Positions 52,853 through 62,943 of a stretch of 64,000 nucleotides of DNA are shown piece by piece. Origin of the DNA: Nitrosopumilus sp. (GTDB lineage: Archaea > Thermoproteota > Nitrososphaeria > Nitrososphaerales > Nitrosopumilaceae); NCBI GenBank assembly GCA_965197525.1, contig OZ240211.1, forward strand, positions 448,001 through 512,000. Reading direction: 5' to 3'. The notes below the pieces were generated by a model, which worked only from the letters and a program-made list of their open reading frames with translations, searched no databases and was not told the DNA's origin. Position numbers and translations under genes: made by a program. How positions within the stretch are numbered: position 1 is the first letter of the stretch; each line of letters opens with the position of its first letter.

Positions 52853-53137
52853 ATGATTCTTGTCGATAAAAGAATTCTGCTAGGAGGTCTTGCAATGCTT
52901 ATTGTAGGAATAGGACTAACAATAATAATCAACGATACAGTCCCTGCAGGACAAACAGGAATGACAGAAGAAGAGATATTTGACTTGCTGCTAGCAGAAC
53001 AGGAGAATCGAGACTATAACACTCTAGCAGGAATTCTAATAGGATTGGGATTTTTGTTGATATTGATTAGTTTTGGTACAAGAAGAAGACGAGATAATGT
53101 AAAAAAACAAGAGAAAAAACCTGCTAAAAAACAGTGA
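52853..53137 (+). CDS. Two-TM membrane protein
   Basis: Two hydrophobic helices and a basic C-terminal tail. Confidence 0.75.
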   Translation: MILVDKRILLGGLAMLIVGIGLTIIINDTVPAGQTGMTEEEIFDLLLAEQENRDYNTLAGILIGLGFLLILISFGTRRRRDNVKKQEKKPAKKQ

Positions 53138-53142
53138 TTTAT

Positions 53143-53253
53143 TTATTTACGATACAACTCGAACTTTTTTTTGCACGTACCGCAAAAGCGCTGTTTGGTT
53201 TTTCTACTCTCAGTGCCTAACGGGGCACCGCATCTGTCACACTTTGCTTTCAT
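53143..53253 (-). CDS. Zinc-finger micro-protein (36 aa)
   Basis: MKAKCDRCGAPLGTESRKTKQRFCGTCKKKFELYRK: CxxC...CxxC; not in track. Confidence 0.65.
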   Translation of the reverse strand: MKAKCDRCGAPLGTESRKTKQRFCGTCKKKFELYRK

Positions 53254-53469
53254 GAGTTATTGAATCTCCATGATCATGCCATCATTATGCCATTGAATAA
53301 TATTGAATCTTTCAAGGTTGTTTTGTAGATTGTTTGACAACTTTTTAAACGTATGCTATTAACATGGTTTGCAGATAGTTTTAGGAGATGTATGGTACGC
53401 TCTAATTAAAAAATCACAGATGTGGTCTAGATTCAATATTTATACATCTACAAACACGTTTTTGTCAGA

Positions 53470-53760
53470 CTAGAATCCTTCAGGCGGTTTCTGAACAAAG
53501 ACGTTACATACCAAGGCGTCAGTCTTGCCATCTCTATATTGTACATTACAAGAGACAAACTTTCCTTTCAGAGCTCGTTCTAGATCCTCTTTTGTGGTTT
53601 CTCCATATTGAGGTTCGTCAGGATCATCGATCTTTCCAATAGTTACCTTTTCAACCCTGCCATAATCATCCTGATTGTCTTTTCTTGTGTGACTAACTAG
53701 CAGTTCAAAAGTATTGTTTGTAAGCACACCGATCACTGCACCGCCGATACCGTCACCCAT
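53470..53760 (-). CDS. Hypothetical protein, possible thermonuclease-like OB fold
   Basis: 96 aa; weak resemblance only (V.I..ID.P...QYG...K..LE..L.GK.V). Confidence 0.6.
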   Translation of the reverse strand: MGDGIGGAVIGVLTNNTFELLVSHTRKDNQDDYGRVEKVTIGKIDDPDEPQYGETTKEDLERALKGKFVSCNVQYRDGKTDALVCNVFVQKPPEGF

Positions 53761-53790
53761 GATAATAGCATGTTTGTTCCATAATAATAA

Positions 53791-54618
53791 TCACTTGGCG
53801 GCAATACTAATCTTAAAGTCAGGAACCAGGCATTGATTTTGTGCCATTTTGAATAACGTTCTAATGGATTCCTCGCCTGCATCGCCCATGTTAACGGTGA
53901 CAGGGTTGACGTACATCTTTACAAACTTTGCAATGAGATCGCGCGGTTTGCTTCTAGAGTACTGCATTGCATAATCTAGCGCATCATCAAAATTTGCCAG
54001 TCCAAACTCAATTGATGATTGAAGATATCTGTCAAACTGTACAATTGTATCCATGCCAATATCAGTTCGCATTACATTAATTCCCAGCGGAACAGGCAGA
54101 CCATTAGTTAACTTGTGCCACCACTCTCCAACATCTAAGATTTTGAGATTGCCCTCTTGTTCATATGAGAGCTGTGTCTCATGAATTACAAGACCGGCGT
54201 CAACTTTACCGGATCTGACGGCGTTTGGAATATCACTGAAATTCATCTCAACATAGTCAAACTTGCCAATCATTAGCTGCAGCAATAAAAATGCAGATGT
54301 CATCTTGCCTGGAATTGCAATCTTGCACTCTCGAAGTTTATCGACACTCATATGCTCTCGGGCAGTGACGATGGGACCGTAGTTAATCCCAAAACTCCCA
54401 CCGCTCCTCAATATAGTATATTCAGGAATGTATGCACATGCGTGAACTGAAACTGCAGTAACATCTAGTTTTACCAGTGTGGCCGTATTGTTTAATCTCT
54501 CAATGTCTTCGATGACGTGTTTTACTGTGAACTCCGGAGATGGCACCTTGCCTGTAAACATTCCGTAAAACATGAATGCATCATCAGAATCAGGGGTATG
54601 TCCCACAGAAATTTCCAT
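53791..54618 (-). CDS. mqnD: 1,4-dihydroxy-6-naphthoate synthase (futalosine pathway)
   Basis: Start re-called to MEISVGHTPDSDDAFMFY; IAIPGKMTSA, AGLVIHE, PVPLG motifs. Confidence 0.88.
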   Translation of the reverse strand: MEISVGHTPDSDDAFMFYGMFTGKVPSPEFTVKHVIEDIERLNNTATLVKLDVTAVSVHACAYIPEYTILRSGGSFGINYGPIVTAREHMSVDKLRECKIAIPGKMTSAFLLLQLMIGKFDYVEMNFSDIPNAVRSGKVDAGLVIHETQLSYEQEGNLKILDVGEWWHKLTNGLPVPLGINVMRTDIGMDTIVQFDRYLQSSIEFGLANFDDALDYAMQYSRSKPRDLIAKFVKMYVNPVTVNMGDAGEESIRTLFKMAQNQCLVPDFKISIAAK

Positions 54619-54849
54619 ATCTCTTGGTAATAGTGACGTTATAAATATCAAAATTAGGAAAGGGTGCAAAATATTTGAAAGACGGTGTAATTCTTTGATT
54701 AAAAACTCATCATACATTCGTAGGTTGAGCTCTATGATACCATGGATTGAATTGTACTTTATTGTTACAAATCTATTCTAGAGAAAGAGGTATTTTTTAA
54801 TCTAATTTATTTCGTCAAATGATTTGTTCTTGGGATGGTTTGCGTATCT

Positions 54850-55764
54850 TTATTTTTGGCTCTTTGTACGTCTTTTATGCCATCTGTAAAGCCCAAACAG
54901 ACCTAGTGGCAGTCCAATAAAAGTACCCAAGCTGATAGTTGGTGTAAAATAAAAATTACCTAACCAAAAACCACCTTCCGATCCAAACTCAAAAAATGCT
55001 TTTGGTCTGAGAAGAATCGAGACAGTCTCAGAAGTAGAACGTACAGTGTCAGTATCATCAGTATAATCTACAGTAATTTGAAATGGGATGTAATGCTCAT
55101 AGTCAACTTCTTCCTCAGTTGAGGCAGTGACTAGTTCTGAACGCAGAGATATGGGGGTATCTCTGTCAATAGAGGAAAACGTATGTTGGGTTTGTCCCCT
55201 AAATGTAACAATCTCTGGAGGAATTATTTTTATGGTAACGTCATGTAGAGTGGAACCCTGACTTTCAATGGTTACGATAAATGGAAATTCTGCATTAGAG
55301 TAAATGGAATCTTGTACACTTGTGCTTATTACAAGTTTCGGTTCTCCACGAATGGTTATCGGTAAGGCCACACTAGAAAAGCGTTCGTTATCCCCATCCA
55401 TGTGAGATAAATCCACATTAATGAAATGGTCCCCAAGAGTAGAATTTGGAAAACTGTATACAGTGATTGTTTTGCCGTATGAACTTTTACCAGCTATCCG
55501 CTCATAAAACCATGCTAGCTCATCATTAGAGCTAAAAATTTTTTCAGGAAACGTTATCTTTACGGTAGCATTGAGTCTATCAACTGAGTGTGGGTTTTCA
55601 GTTAGTAGAGATATATTGAAGTCTGATCCTCTTACCACACCTTCAGGATGTATTATAGAAGTCTTAATGGAACCATCATCCACTAGTTTTGTTGCAGAGT
55701 ATGCATTTGGGAGAAAGAACAGCGAAAAACCCAATACGACGAGGATAAAAAGTTCTAGTTTCAT
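54850..55764 (-). CDS. Secreted, C-terminally anchored Ig-like (COG1361/S-layer-like) protein
   Basis: Signal ending AYSA; beta-rich domains; C-terminal TM plus KRRTK. Confidence 0.75.
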   Translation of the reverse strand: MKLELFILVVLGFSLFFLPNAYSATKLVDDGSIKTSIIHPEGVVRGSDFNISLLTENPHSVDRLNATVKITFPEKIFSSNDELAWFYERIAGKSSYGKTITVYSFPNSTLGDHFINVDLSHMDGDNERFSSVALPITIRGEPKLVISTSVQDSIYSNAEFPFIVTIESQGSTLHDVTIKIIPPEIVTFRGQTQHTFSSIDRDTPISLRSELVTASTEEEVDYEHYIPFQITVDYTDDTDTVRSTSETVSILLRPKAFFEFGSEGGFWLGNFYFTPTISLGTFIGLPLGLFGLYRWHKRRTKSQK

Positions 55765-55824
55765 ACCGTTTAAGTGGTTTTGATAATATTAAAAGATCGT
55801 ATTAGCAGCCATAAGAGTATAAAC

Positions 55825-55867
55825 GGTTCTGTCAGGTTATCGAGATCTAATGTATTAACTCAAAAAT
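55825..55867 (+). mobile_element. Solo copy of the GGTTCTGT-type transposon end
   Basis: ggttctgtcaggttatcgag is 18/20 identical to the TIR at 31387; the subterminal atctaatgtattaactcaaaaat matches 5641-5663. Confidence 0.8.
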
Positions 55868-56077
55868 TGGTAACCGTGTAGTTTTTTGAAATCCATGACT
55901 ACAATAAGGAAATTTGCGCTCAAACTTACATCTCTCATAAAACAAATAGTAATGATTGGTTGATATATTGTGTGTAGATCCTAGTTTACTTCAAAAAACT
56001 ATATAGTTACGAATATTCTTTGCAGTGTGTGTAATAAGAGTACATTTTCAACTTCTAACATAGATAACCTCTTACTT

Positions 56078-56560
56078 TTATTTGTCGATGGAACCGAGCG
56101 TAGAATTTGATGTGAGATTAGACATGCCTTCAGAAAGAGTTTTTTTATTAATTATGCTAACCGAATTTTTCATAACGTATCTTAGGATAGGATTATCGTC
56201 TTGATTTTTCTTATCTGTAATGAATATTTTTTCGATTATTGGTACCAGAATAATCAAAGATTTTTCTGTTTCATATAGGTTGATTATTTGATTGGTCATG
56301 TTAAATTCTAACTCTTTTACCTGGTTTTTTGCAGTTACATCTTCTGGTCTAGCCATCTCCAAGTTTGAAGTATCAATAGGAGTTGAGCTAAAAACACGAG
56401 AAATCTCATTGAAACTTATCGCACTATTTTCTTTGTCATCATCCTGAATCTTAATGATCTCTACAACTGATAGCTTTACGCGTAAAGTTTGCCCATTTTC
56501 ACATTCAAAAGTACTGAAATCCTCACGAATTGTTACAAAAGGAATCTGGGACTTGTTCAT
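56078..56560 (-). CDS. Hypothetical protein with internal two-domain duplication, coupled to the PIN gene
   Basis: ATG overlaps the repaired PIN stop (ATGA); the two halves look similar (F..IREDFSTFECENG..LRVK / F...NQIINLYETEK..IILV). Confidence 0.7.
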   Translation of the reverse strand: MNKSQIPFVTIREDFSTFECENGQTLRVKLSVVEIIKIQDDDKENSAISFNEISRVFSSTPIDTSNLEMARPEDVTAKNQVKELEFNMTNQIINLYETEKSLIILVPIIEKIFITDKKNQDDNPILRYVMKNSVSIINKKTLSEGMSNLTSNSTLGSIDK

Positions 56561-57122
56561 ATTCTGTAAACCTCTTTTATCGCCAATTGCTGAACTTCTG
56601 AATTTACTTCTGCAAAATCACTATCAAAACTTGCAATTTTACAACATTTGAAAATCTTTGCTAATTCTACATGCAATGAATCTACAGTGGAAATCCCTTT
56701 ATGTTTATTTTTCTTTTTGTTTCATCAAATTTTACTGTGCCCGGATATTTTTCCATTAAAGCATATGCTTTATTCGAAATTGTTCCAAACATCAGATCTT
56801 TTTCATTACATGTTGAATCAGTAATATTGCCAGAAACAATTTCAATTTGTTTGTCATTCAACGCAAAAATTTTCCTCAGTGCCTCCTCTCTTTTTCTTTT
56901 CCATTGTGCAGGTTCTGTTTTTCCTTGATCTGCCATCATATTGCTAATAATTTTTAACAATTCATTTAATGTCAGATATGATATGATTCCCACATATCTT
57001 CCATTTAAAACATCCTTTATGAATTCAGTAGCGGGTTTTGCACTAGTTGCAGTAGATCCAAACAACCAATTAAACAACACATTTGTATCGATGTAGATTC
57101 TATTGTTCCTTGATTCGGACAT
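56557..57122 (-). pseudogene. PIN-domain (VapC-like) nuclease, frameshifted in an A5 run (188 aa if repaired)
   Basis: IYIDTNV...SYLTLNEL in the track ORF. The missing C-terminus KGISTVDSLHVELAK...IASFDSDF...VYRI* lies in another frame from ~56710 to 56557. Confidence 0.85.
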
Positions 57123-57134
57123 TTCTAAAATGAA

Positions 57135-57407
57135 TTAATCCTCGTCAGCTTTATCAACTGCTGCCTGAATGTCAGCAGGTGTTATATCTAGATCTTGGCT
57201 CAAAGATCCTGCAAACAGTTCAGCTGCATTAGGTACAGTAGCAGGTAATGGCTCTAACCCAAAAATATTTTGCCAGAAATGCTTTCTGCTTTCACTAGGG
57301 TCATAACGTGTAGCTGGAATATTGTCTTCTGGTGAAAAAATTGCTTTGACGATGTCGATTGTTATATACTCCGAATCTCTAACTATAATTTTCTCAGATC
57401 GTTCCAT
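57135..57407 (-). CDS. Small acidic protein upstream of PIN, candidate antitoxin (90 aa)
   Basis: Start re-called to MERSEK; 12-bp gap to the PIN gene; acidic C-terminus. Confidence 0.55.
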   Translation of the reverse strand: MERSEKIIVRDSEYITIDIVKAIFSPEDNIPATRYDPSESRKHFWQNIFGLEPLPATVPNAAELFAGSLSQDLDITPADIQAAVDKADED

Positions 57408-57599
57408 TTTTTGGAAGATTTTAATTGGTTGTGGTTCTTGATTTAGTAATAATACGGTTTGCAAGATATTGTGTAATCTGCATTGTTTCCTTTTAAATCT
57501 GCCTATCGTATAGGTGTAAACACTCAGGTCCAAGATTCATCTAGGCACGGATCGTCTAATCCGGCATATATTTTGTGCCTAAAAACACGAGGATCTGAG

Positions 57600-57900
57600 T
57601 CCATACGTCTAGGTGCTGTCCAAATCCTAGTTTTTCAGGCCTGCAGGAATTCTTCATACTGTTTGTCGGGGAACATACAAGCCCGTCTCTGCGTATGCCA
57701 TAACTTTTGCAATCGCCGTACCATTATAGTGACATACACTGATGTGAACTGCACATCACGTGTACATGATTTGCAGCTGTCATTTTGAAATATTGCCTCA
57801 AATATTACACTCATTCCACATGACATACGTATCCTTTCCAGGGTTGTCGCATATATGTCTGCACGACCAAGACTAACATGCGTTTGCAACATCATGATGT
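57600..57900 (-). pseudogene. Possible transposase relic (IS66-like, uncertain)
   Basis: Stop-ridden frame with CRHICD...AIAKVMAYAETGLYVPRQTV; weak resemblance only. Confidence 0.2.
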
Positions 57901-58057
57901 TGTTGGTGAAGTCACTACTTTACATCATCATCGTCGCCATCATTGTCATCATCATCAAGTTGGCCTAATTTGGTAACATAATCGACTAAATTTTAGGCAC
58001 ATTTCCACCTACTGCACGAAGGCTAAGATTTAATACCTGAAAATAGGGTCTGCGAAT

Positions 58058-60250
58058 ATGGCAAAATTCAAGTCAACAGGCGACGTTTTGAAGATAATAA
58101 AAAACAAGGATCAGATTAGAAATTTTGGAGTCATAGCACATGTTGACCATGGAAAGACTACCATGAGTGACAGCCTTTTGGCATACTCTGGAATTATTGC
58201 ACCATCAACTGCAGGAAAAGCATTAGCAATGGATTTTGACAAGGAAGAGCAAGAGAGAGGAATTACAATTTATCAGGCAAATGTAACATTACACTTTACT
58301 AGCAAAGATAAAGAGTACGTCATCAATATGATAGATACCCCAGGACATGTAGATTTCAGCGGAAGGGTGATTCGCAGCCTTCGAGCAATTGATGGGGCAG
58401 TTGTAGTATGCGATGCAGTGGAAGGCATCATGACACAGACTGAGACGGTAACTAGAATGGCACTAGAAGAACGCGTAAAACCGGTATTATTCATCAACAA
58501 AGTTGACAGGCTCATAAAAGAACTGAGATTGACACCAGAAAAGATGCAGGCACAACTAGTAGAGGTAGTATCAAACTTTAATCAATTAATTGACACGTAT
58601 GCAGAACCGCAATACAGGGAAGCATGGAAAGTATCAATCCAAGATGCAAGTGTGACATTTGGTTCTGCAAAGGACAGATGGGCAATCAACATCGATCTGA
58701 TGAAAGAACGAGGTATCACATTCAAGGATGTAATTGACTCGTATAACAATGAGACAGTATCAGACCTAGTTGAAAAAGCACCACTGGCAGACGCAGTACT
58801 AGGAATGGTGGTAAAACACCATCCAGCACCACATGAGGCAGTAAAGTATAGAATTCCGCAGATATGGAAAGGGGATCTAGAATCAGATGTTGGAAAGGCA
58901 CTACTGGCGTGCGATGATAATGGTCCTACAATAATGATGGTAGTAAACATGGTACTGGATCCGGCAGCAGGCCCTGTAGCAATCGGACGACTGTTCTCTG
59001 GAACCATCAAAGATGGACAGACAATTAACATCATAGACGAAAAACGGGAAGGTCGTGTCCAATCAGTCAACTTTTTCATGGGAAATCAACGTGAGCAAGT
59101 AAAAGAGTTAGGAGCAGGAAATATTCCAGCATTACTAGGATTAAGTGAATGTAGGGCAGGAAATACCCTATCATCAGTTAAAGGAATTCCAATGTTTGAA
59201 GGAGTAAAGTATGTCTCAGAGCCAGTAGTTCAGATAGCAATAGAACCAAAGCATCCCAAAGATCTTCCAAAACTAGTAGATATTCTAAAACAGCTGACAA
59301 TAGAGGACCCAAACCTGATTGTAAAGATTGATGAGGAGAGCGGTGAGACAATAGTTGCAGGAATGGGTGTATTGCACTTGGACGTTGCAACACACAGAAT
59401 ACAAGACGCAAAATGTGAGATTGTAACATCAGAACCATTAATCAACTACAGAGAGACAGTAAAGGGAACCTGTGAGCCAGTCATGGCAAAGTCACCTAAC
59501 CGACACAATAAGATATTCATGACAGTCGAGCCATTAGAACCCCAGATTGCACATATGCTAAGAACAGGGGAGATAAGCGACATGAAAGACAAGAAATTTA
59601 TCTCAGATGTACTCAAAAAAATGGGATGGGATACTGATACCATCAAACGCGTCTTAAAATTCGATTCACGCGGCAATGTGTTGATTAACGGAACCAAAGG
59701 TGTACAATTTGTCCAAGAGTCAACTGACTCTATAAACTCTGGATTCGAAGAGGTCATGAAAGAAGGACCCCTATGCAAAGAGCAGATGAGAAACTGTAAA
59801 TTTATCTTTACACATTTTGTACCACACGAGGATACTGCACACAGGGGCCTATCACAGTTAGGACCAGCATCACGCCGTGCCTGCATGGGCGCACTGTTGA
59901 CAGCTGGAACTGCAGTTTTAGAGCCAACGCTAGCAATAGAGGTTCGTGTTCCAACTGACCTAGTAGGAAACGTTGCAACCATTATCTCAGGCAAACGCGG
60001 CAAAGTACTTGACATGTCACAAAAGGGCGCATCAAGTATTGTTATCGGCGAGATTCCAGCATCAGAGACCTTTAACCTATCAGAGGCTATGAGAGGTCAG
60101 ACTGCAGGACGTGCAACTTGGAATACATCATTTAAAGAGTGGACCGAAGTCCCAAAATCGATGTTAGATACTGCAGTAGCTGAAATACGAAAGAGAAAAG
60201 GTCTGGCACCAAATCCGCCAACTGCTAATGAATTCATAGACAAGGAATAA
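58058..60250 (+). CDS. fusA: Archaeal elongation factor 2
   Basis: AHVDHGKTT, DTPGHVDF, NKVD and HEDTAHRG diphthamide loop; 730 aa. Confidence 0.98.
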   Translation: MAKFKSTGDVLKIIKNKDQIRNFGVIAHVDHGKTTMSDSLLAYSGIIAPSTAGKALAMDFDKEEQERGITIYQANVTLHFTSKDKEYVINMIDTPGHVDFSGRVIRSLRAIDGAVVVCDAVEGIMTQTETVTRMALEERVKPVLFINKVDRLIKELRLTPEKMQAQLVEVVSNFNQLIDTYAEPQYREAWKVSIQDASVTFGSAKDRWAINIDLMKERGITFKDVIDSYNNETVSDLVEKAPLADAVLGMVVKHHPAPHEAVKYRIPQIWKGDLESDVGKALLACDDNGPTIMMVVNMVLDPAAGPVAIGRLFSGTIKDGQTINIIDEKREGRVQSVNFFMGNQREQVKELGAGNIPALLGLSECRAGNTLSSVKGIPMFEGVKYVSEPVVQIAIEPKHPKDLPKLVDILKQLTIEDPNLIVKIDEESGETIVAGMGVLHLDVATHRIQDAKCEIVTSEPLINYRETVKGTCEPVMAKSPNRHNKIFMTVEPLEPQIAHMLRTGEISDMKDKKFISDVLKKMGWDTDTIKRVLKFDSRGNVLINGTKGVQFVQESTDSINSGFEEVMKEGPLCKEQMRNCKFIFTHFVPHEDTAHRGLSQLGPASRRACMGALLTAGTAVLEPTLAIEVRVPTDLVGNVATIISGKRGKVLDMSQKGASSIVIGEIPASETFNLSEAMRGQTAGRATWNTSFKEWTEVPKSMLDTAVAEIRKRKGLAPNPPTANEFIDKE

Positions 60251-60328
60251 CACACACAAAGATTTGTGTCTTATGGGCGGGTTCATAAATTATTCACTGT
60301 GTGTTTTGTTTATTACAAGATATACAAA

Positions 60329-61993
60329 TCAAGACGATGTATCGGTTTTTTGTGTCACTAGTTTTGTTGCCAATGCAATCATTTTATCAAACTCTGTTTT
60401 ATCTACTGGGGATTTGGCAAATTCAACCAAGCTAGAACGCTTGAAGCATTCTGCTATCTGCTCAACAGGATTTGTTGCACCATCAAGGTGTGATAAGATA
60501 TCTTCGTTTGTAATCTCTTTTTTAAGACCCAACTCGTAACTCAGATACAGTCTAATTGATTGAGCAATCTTACTGTAAGCGTCTTTGTACTGTTGGTTAT
60601 CAAAATCTATCTTTGCTTGTGTTATGAGGTTACTTGATGCTGTGATATAATCAAACTCTTTGTGGTCTTTGTAGGATACCGCATCTGGTGGTGATGATGT
60701 TGTTGTTGTTGTTTTATTTGTATAAAATCGCCTATACAGCATATAACCTACAACACCACACAGTATCACAGCAAAGACAACAAACAGACTCAGATAGTCA
60801 AACGGTCTCTCTAATTCTATACCTACAAGGTTGTCACCCTCATCAAATATTGCAGTAATTGTAGCGTCGTCTTGATTTTTGTTATTATACTGTAGAGACA
60901 GAGTGGTTGTACCATCACCATCATTCGGATAGCTAAATTCTACTCCCTCTCTTACAAAACCGTCCAGAGTCAGACTTTCCTCATACTCTTGAAAACGCTT
61001 GTCAGATTCAAGTCTTTCTAGTAATAGGTCATTTTGTAGTTGAGAGGTCTGTTTTATATCAGTCAGAGTTCCATTGACCATGCTGCCCTGAAATTTAGTC
61101 CATTGTTGTTGCTGTTGATCTTGATAATTGACCTCAAAAGTGCCAGTATGTTCTGATGTCGGGTTTAAAGTGGCGTTTGTAACACCGTTCCCTTGGGCCA
61201 AAATACTGTTATGTATCTCTTGAAAATCTTCGTTTGATACTAGCGCTCCTTCGAACTGTTCGCGTAAGTGATTTTCTTCTTGCACATGTTGTTGTAACTC
61301 TTGTTTTAACGCACTGGTATCCTGAGGCAGTTGACTGTTTTGAAGTCGTTGCTGAGTATCAGAAGGATTGTTTGCTTCTTCTTGATTGATTTGGTTCTGC
61401 TGCATCTGTTGTTGAGCGGATTGTTGGGATGATTGACTGCCGGCTTGATTGTTATTAGACTGAGATGATGAGCTCTGCGTCGGGTTTTGTGTGTTGTTTT
61501 GCTCAGATTCGTCTGAAACAAAATTAACGACGATTGAATCCAAGGATACGTGTATGTCATCAGTGGTATATCCTAAATCCAACACAAAAGATGACGGAGT
61601 ATCGCTAGTACCAAAATCCAGAGATATCGTTTGTGTTCCATTGACAAGTGTCAATGAAGATGACTGTGTACGAGTAGTTGAAAATTGCCCAATTGTTTGA
61701 GTAACGGTAGATTGTAAGAGCCCATTTACAGAATATCCGTAACTGTTTTCAATATCTAATGAGATTATTGCGTTTTGGTCCACTAGAAAATAATATTCAG
61801 ATTGTGGAACAATCATCACTATGTTGTCTTCATTGTCTTCTGCTGCATCTGTTTGATTATCGTCATGACTGGTAGCATAAGCATCCTCATTACCAACAAC
61901 AACAACAACAAGAACATCAACAACAGTAACAACCCCAACAGACATAGACACGCATAGAATAAACAGCAAACCCAAAGATGTCAATCCATTCAT
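60329..61993 (-). CDS. Membrane-anchored Gln-rich protein of the MoxR/VWA operon
   Basis: Signal-like N-terminus, Q/S-rich linker, TM, C-terminal cytoplasmic domain (SSLVEFAK); overlaps the VWA gene stop. Confidence 0.75.
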   Translation of the reverse strand: MNGLTSLGLLFILCVSMSVGVVTVVDVLVVVVVGNEDAYATSHDDNQTDAAEDNEDNIVMIVPQSEYYFLVDQNAIISLDIENSYGYSVNGLLQSTVTQTIGQFSTTRTQSSSLTLVNGTQTISLDFGTSDTPSSFVLDLGYTTDDIHVSLDSIVVNFVSDESEQNNTQNPTQSSSSQSNNNQAGSQSSQQSAQQQMQQNQINQEEANNPSDTQQRLQNSQLPQDTSALKQELQQHVQEENHLREQFEGALVSNEDFQEIHNSILAQGNGVTNATLNPTSEHTGTFEVNYQDQQQQQWTKFQGSMVNGTLTDIKQTSQLQNDLLLERLESDKRFQEYEESLTLDGFVREGVEFSYPNDGDGTTTLSLQYNNKNQDDATITAIFDEGDNLVGIELERPFDYLSLFVVFAVILCGVVGYMLYRRFYTNKTTTTTSSPPDAVSYKDHKEFDYITASSNLITQAKIDFDNQQYKDAYSKIAQSIRLYLSYELGLKKEITNEDILSHLDGATNPVEQIAECFKRSSLVEFAKSPVDKTEFDKMIALATKLVTQKTDTSS

Positions 61994-62940
61994 TGAATAA
62001 CTCTTCCCCGTCCATATCTTGCGTAAATTTGTACAAACAACAATCCTAGAGCAGCAACAAAGAACCAGTCTTTTATATAAGTCTCCTCTTGTTCGCGTTG
62101 GATATCCTGACTAATATTTTCATAGATACCGTCAAGCGTCTGAGAATCTACGGATTTAAAGTACTTGCCGCCGGTATTCTCTGCAATTGCCTGTAATGTG
62201 GCCTCGTCTAACTCTGCATATTGAGGCCTGCCAAAAACATCATATCCGAACACAACTCGTTCTGCTGAACCAAGACCAATTGTATAAACCTGGATGTCAT
62301 TTGATTGGGCAAATGCAACTGCCTCTCTGGGCGTTATCACCCCTGCATTATTAACCCCATCACTGAGGAGTATGACTACTTTTTGTTTATTTGGAACTGA
62401 GACTGCCATATCAATTCCGAGACTGAGCCCGTCACCTATTGCGGTTCTTCCATCTCGCGGCAAGATATCGTATAGTTTCTCTATAACCCGGTCTTTGTAT
62501 GGACTAAGATACGCAGCAGTAGTGGCGCCTGTCTCAAATACCACAATACCTGCATTGTCTTTTGGTTGCAACGAGTTTAGCAATATCTCAGCAGAATTTT
62601 TAGCAGATTCCAGCCTATTTGGAGGATAATCCTGCGCTTGCATACTGCCAGAAATATCAATTACCAGTACAACGTTGACTCCTTCTTTGGTCTGCTCTAA
62701 CGGAATGTGTGGATCTGCAAATCCTATAATCATTAATGCGATAACACTAATTGAGAGATAAAACAAGAGCGAGTCACGCCTGGTCTTTTTCTTACCCCCT
62801 ATGGCAGATTTGACATAAGACAAATTGCTAAATCGTATTGCAGCTTTTTTCTTTCTTTTTAGAATTTTATTATACACATAAAATAAAATAGGTATTACAA
62901 GCAAAAAGAGTAGATAAAGTTCGTTATCAAATCCCGCCAT
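61990..62940 (-). CDS. VWA-domain protein (BatA-like)
   Basis: N-terminal TMs, MIDAS DISGSM, TAIGDGL, LLSDG, YTIGLG. Confidence 0.92.
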   Translation of the reverse strand: MAGFDNELYLLFLLVIPILFYVYNKILKRKKKAAIRFSNLSYVKSAIGGKKKTRRDSLLFYLSISVIALMIIGFADPHIPLEQTKEGVNVVLVIDISGSMQAQDYPPNRLESAKNSAEILLNSLQPKDNAGIVVFETGATTAAYLSPYKDRVIEKLYDILPRDGRTAIGDGLSLGIDMAVSVPNKQKVVILLSDGVNNAGVITPREAVAFAQSNDIQVYTIGLGSAERVVFGYDVFGRPQYAELDEATLQAIAENTGGKYFKSVDSQTLDGIYENISQDIQREQEETYIKDWFFVAALGLLFVQIYARYGRGRVIQ

Positions 62941-62943
62941 CTC

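Noticed and set aside
58273-60015. Minus-strand ORFs over fusA, and similar ones over xpb, bax1, SNF2 and VWA
   Set aside because: Shadows of well-supported genes on the opposite strand.
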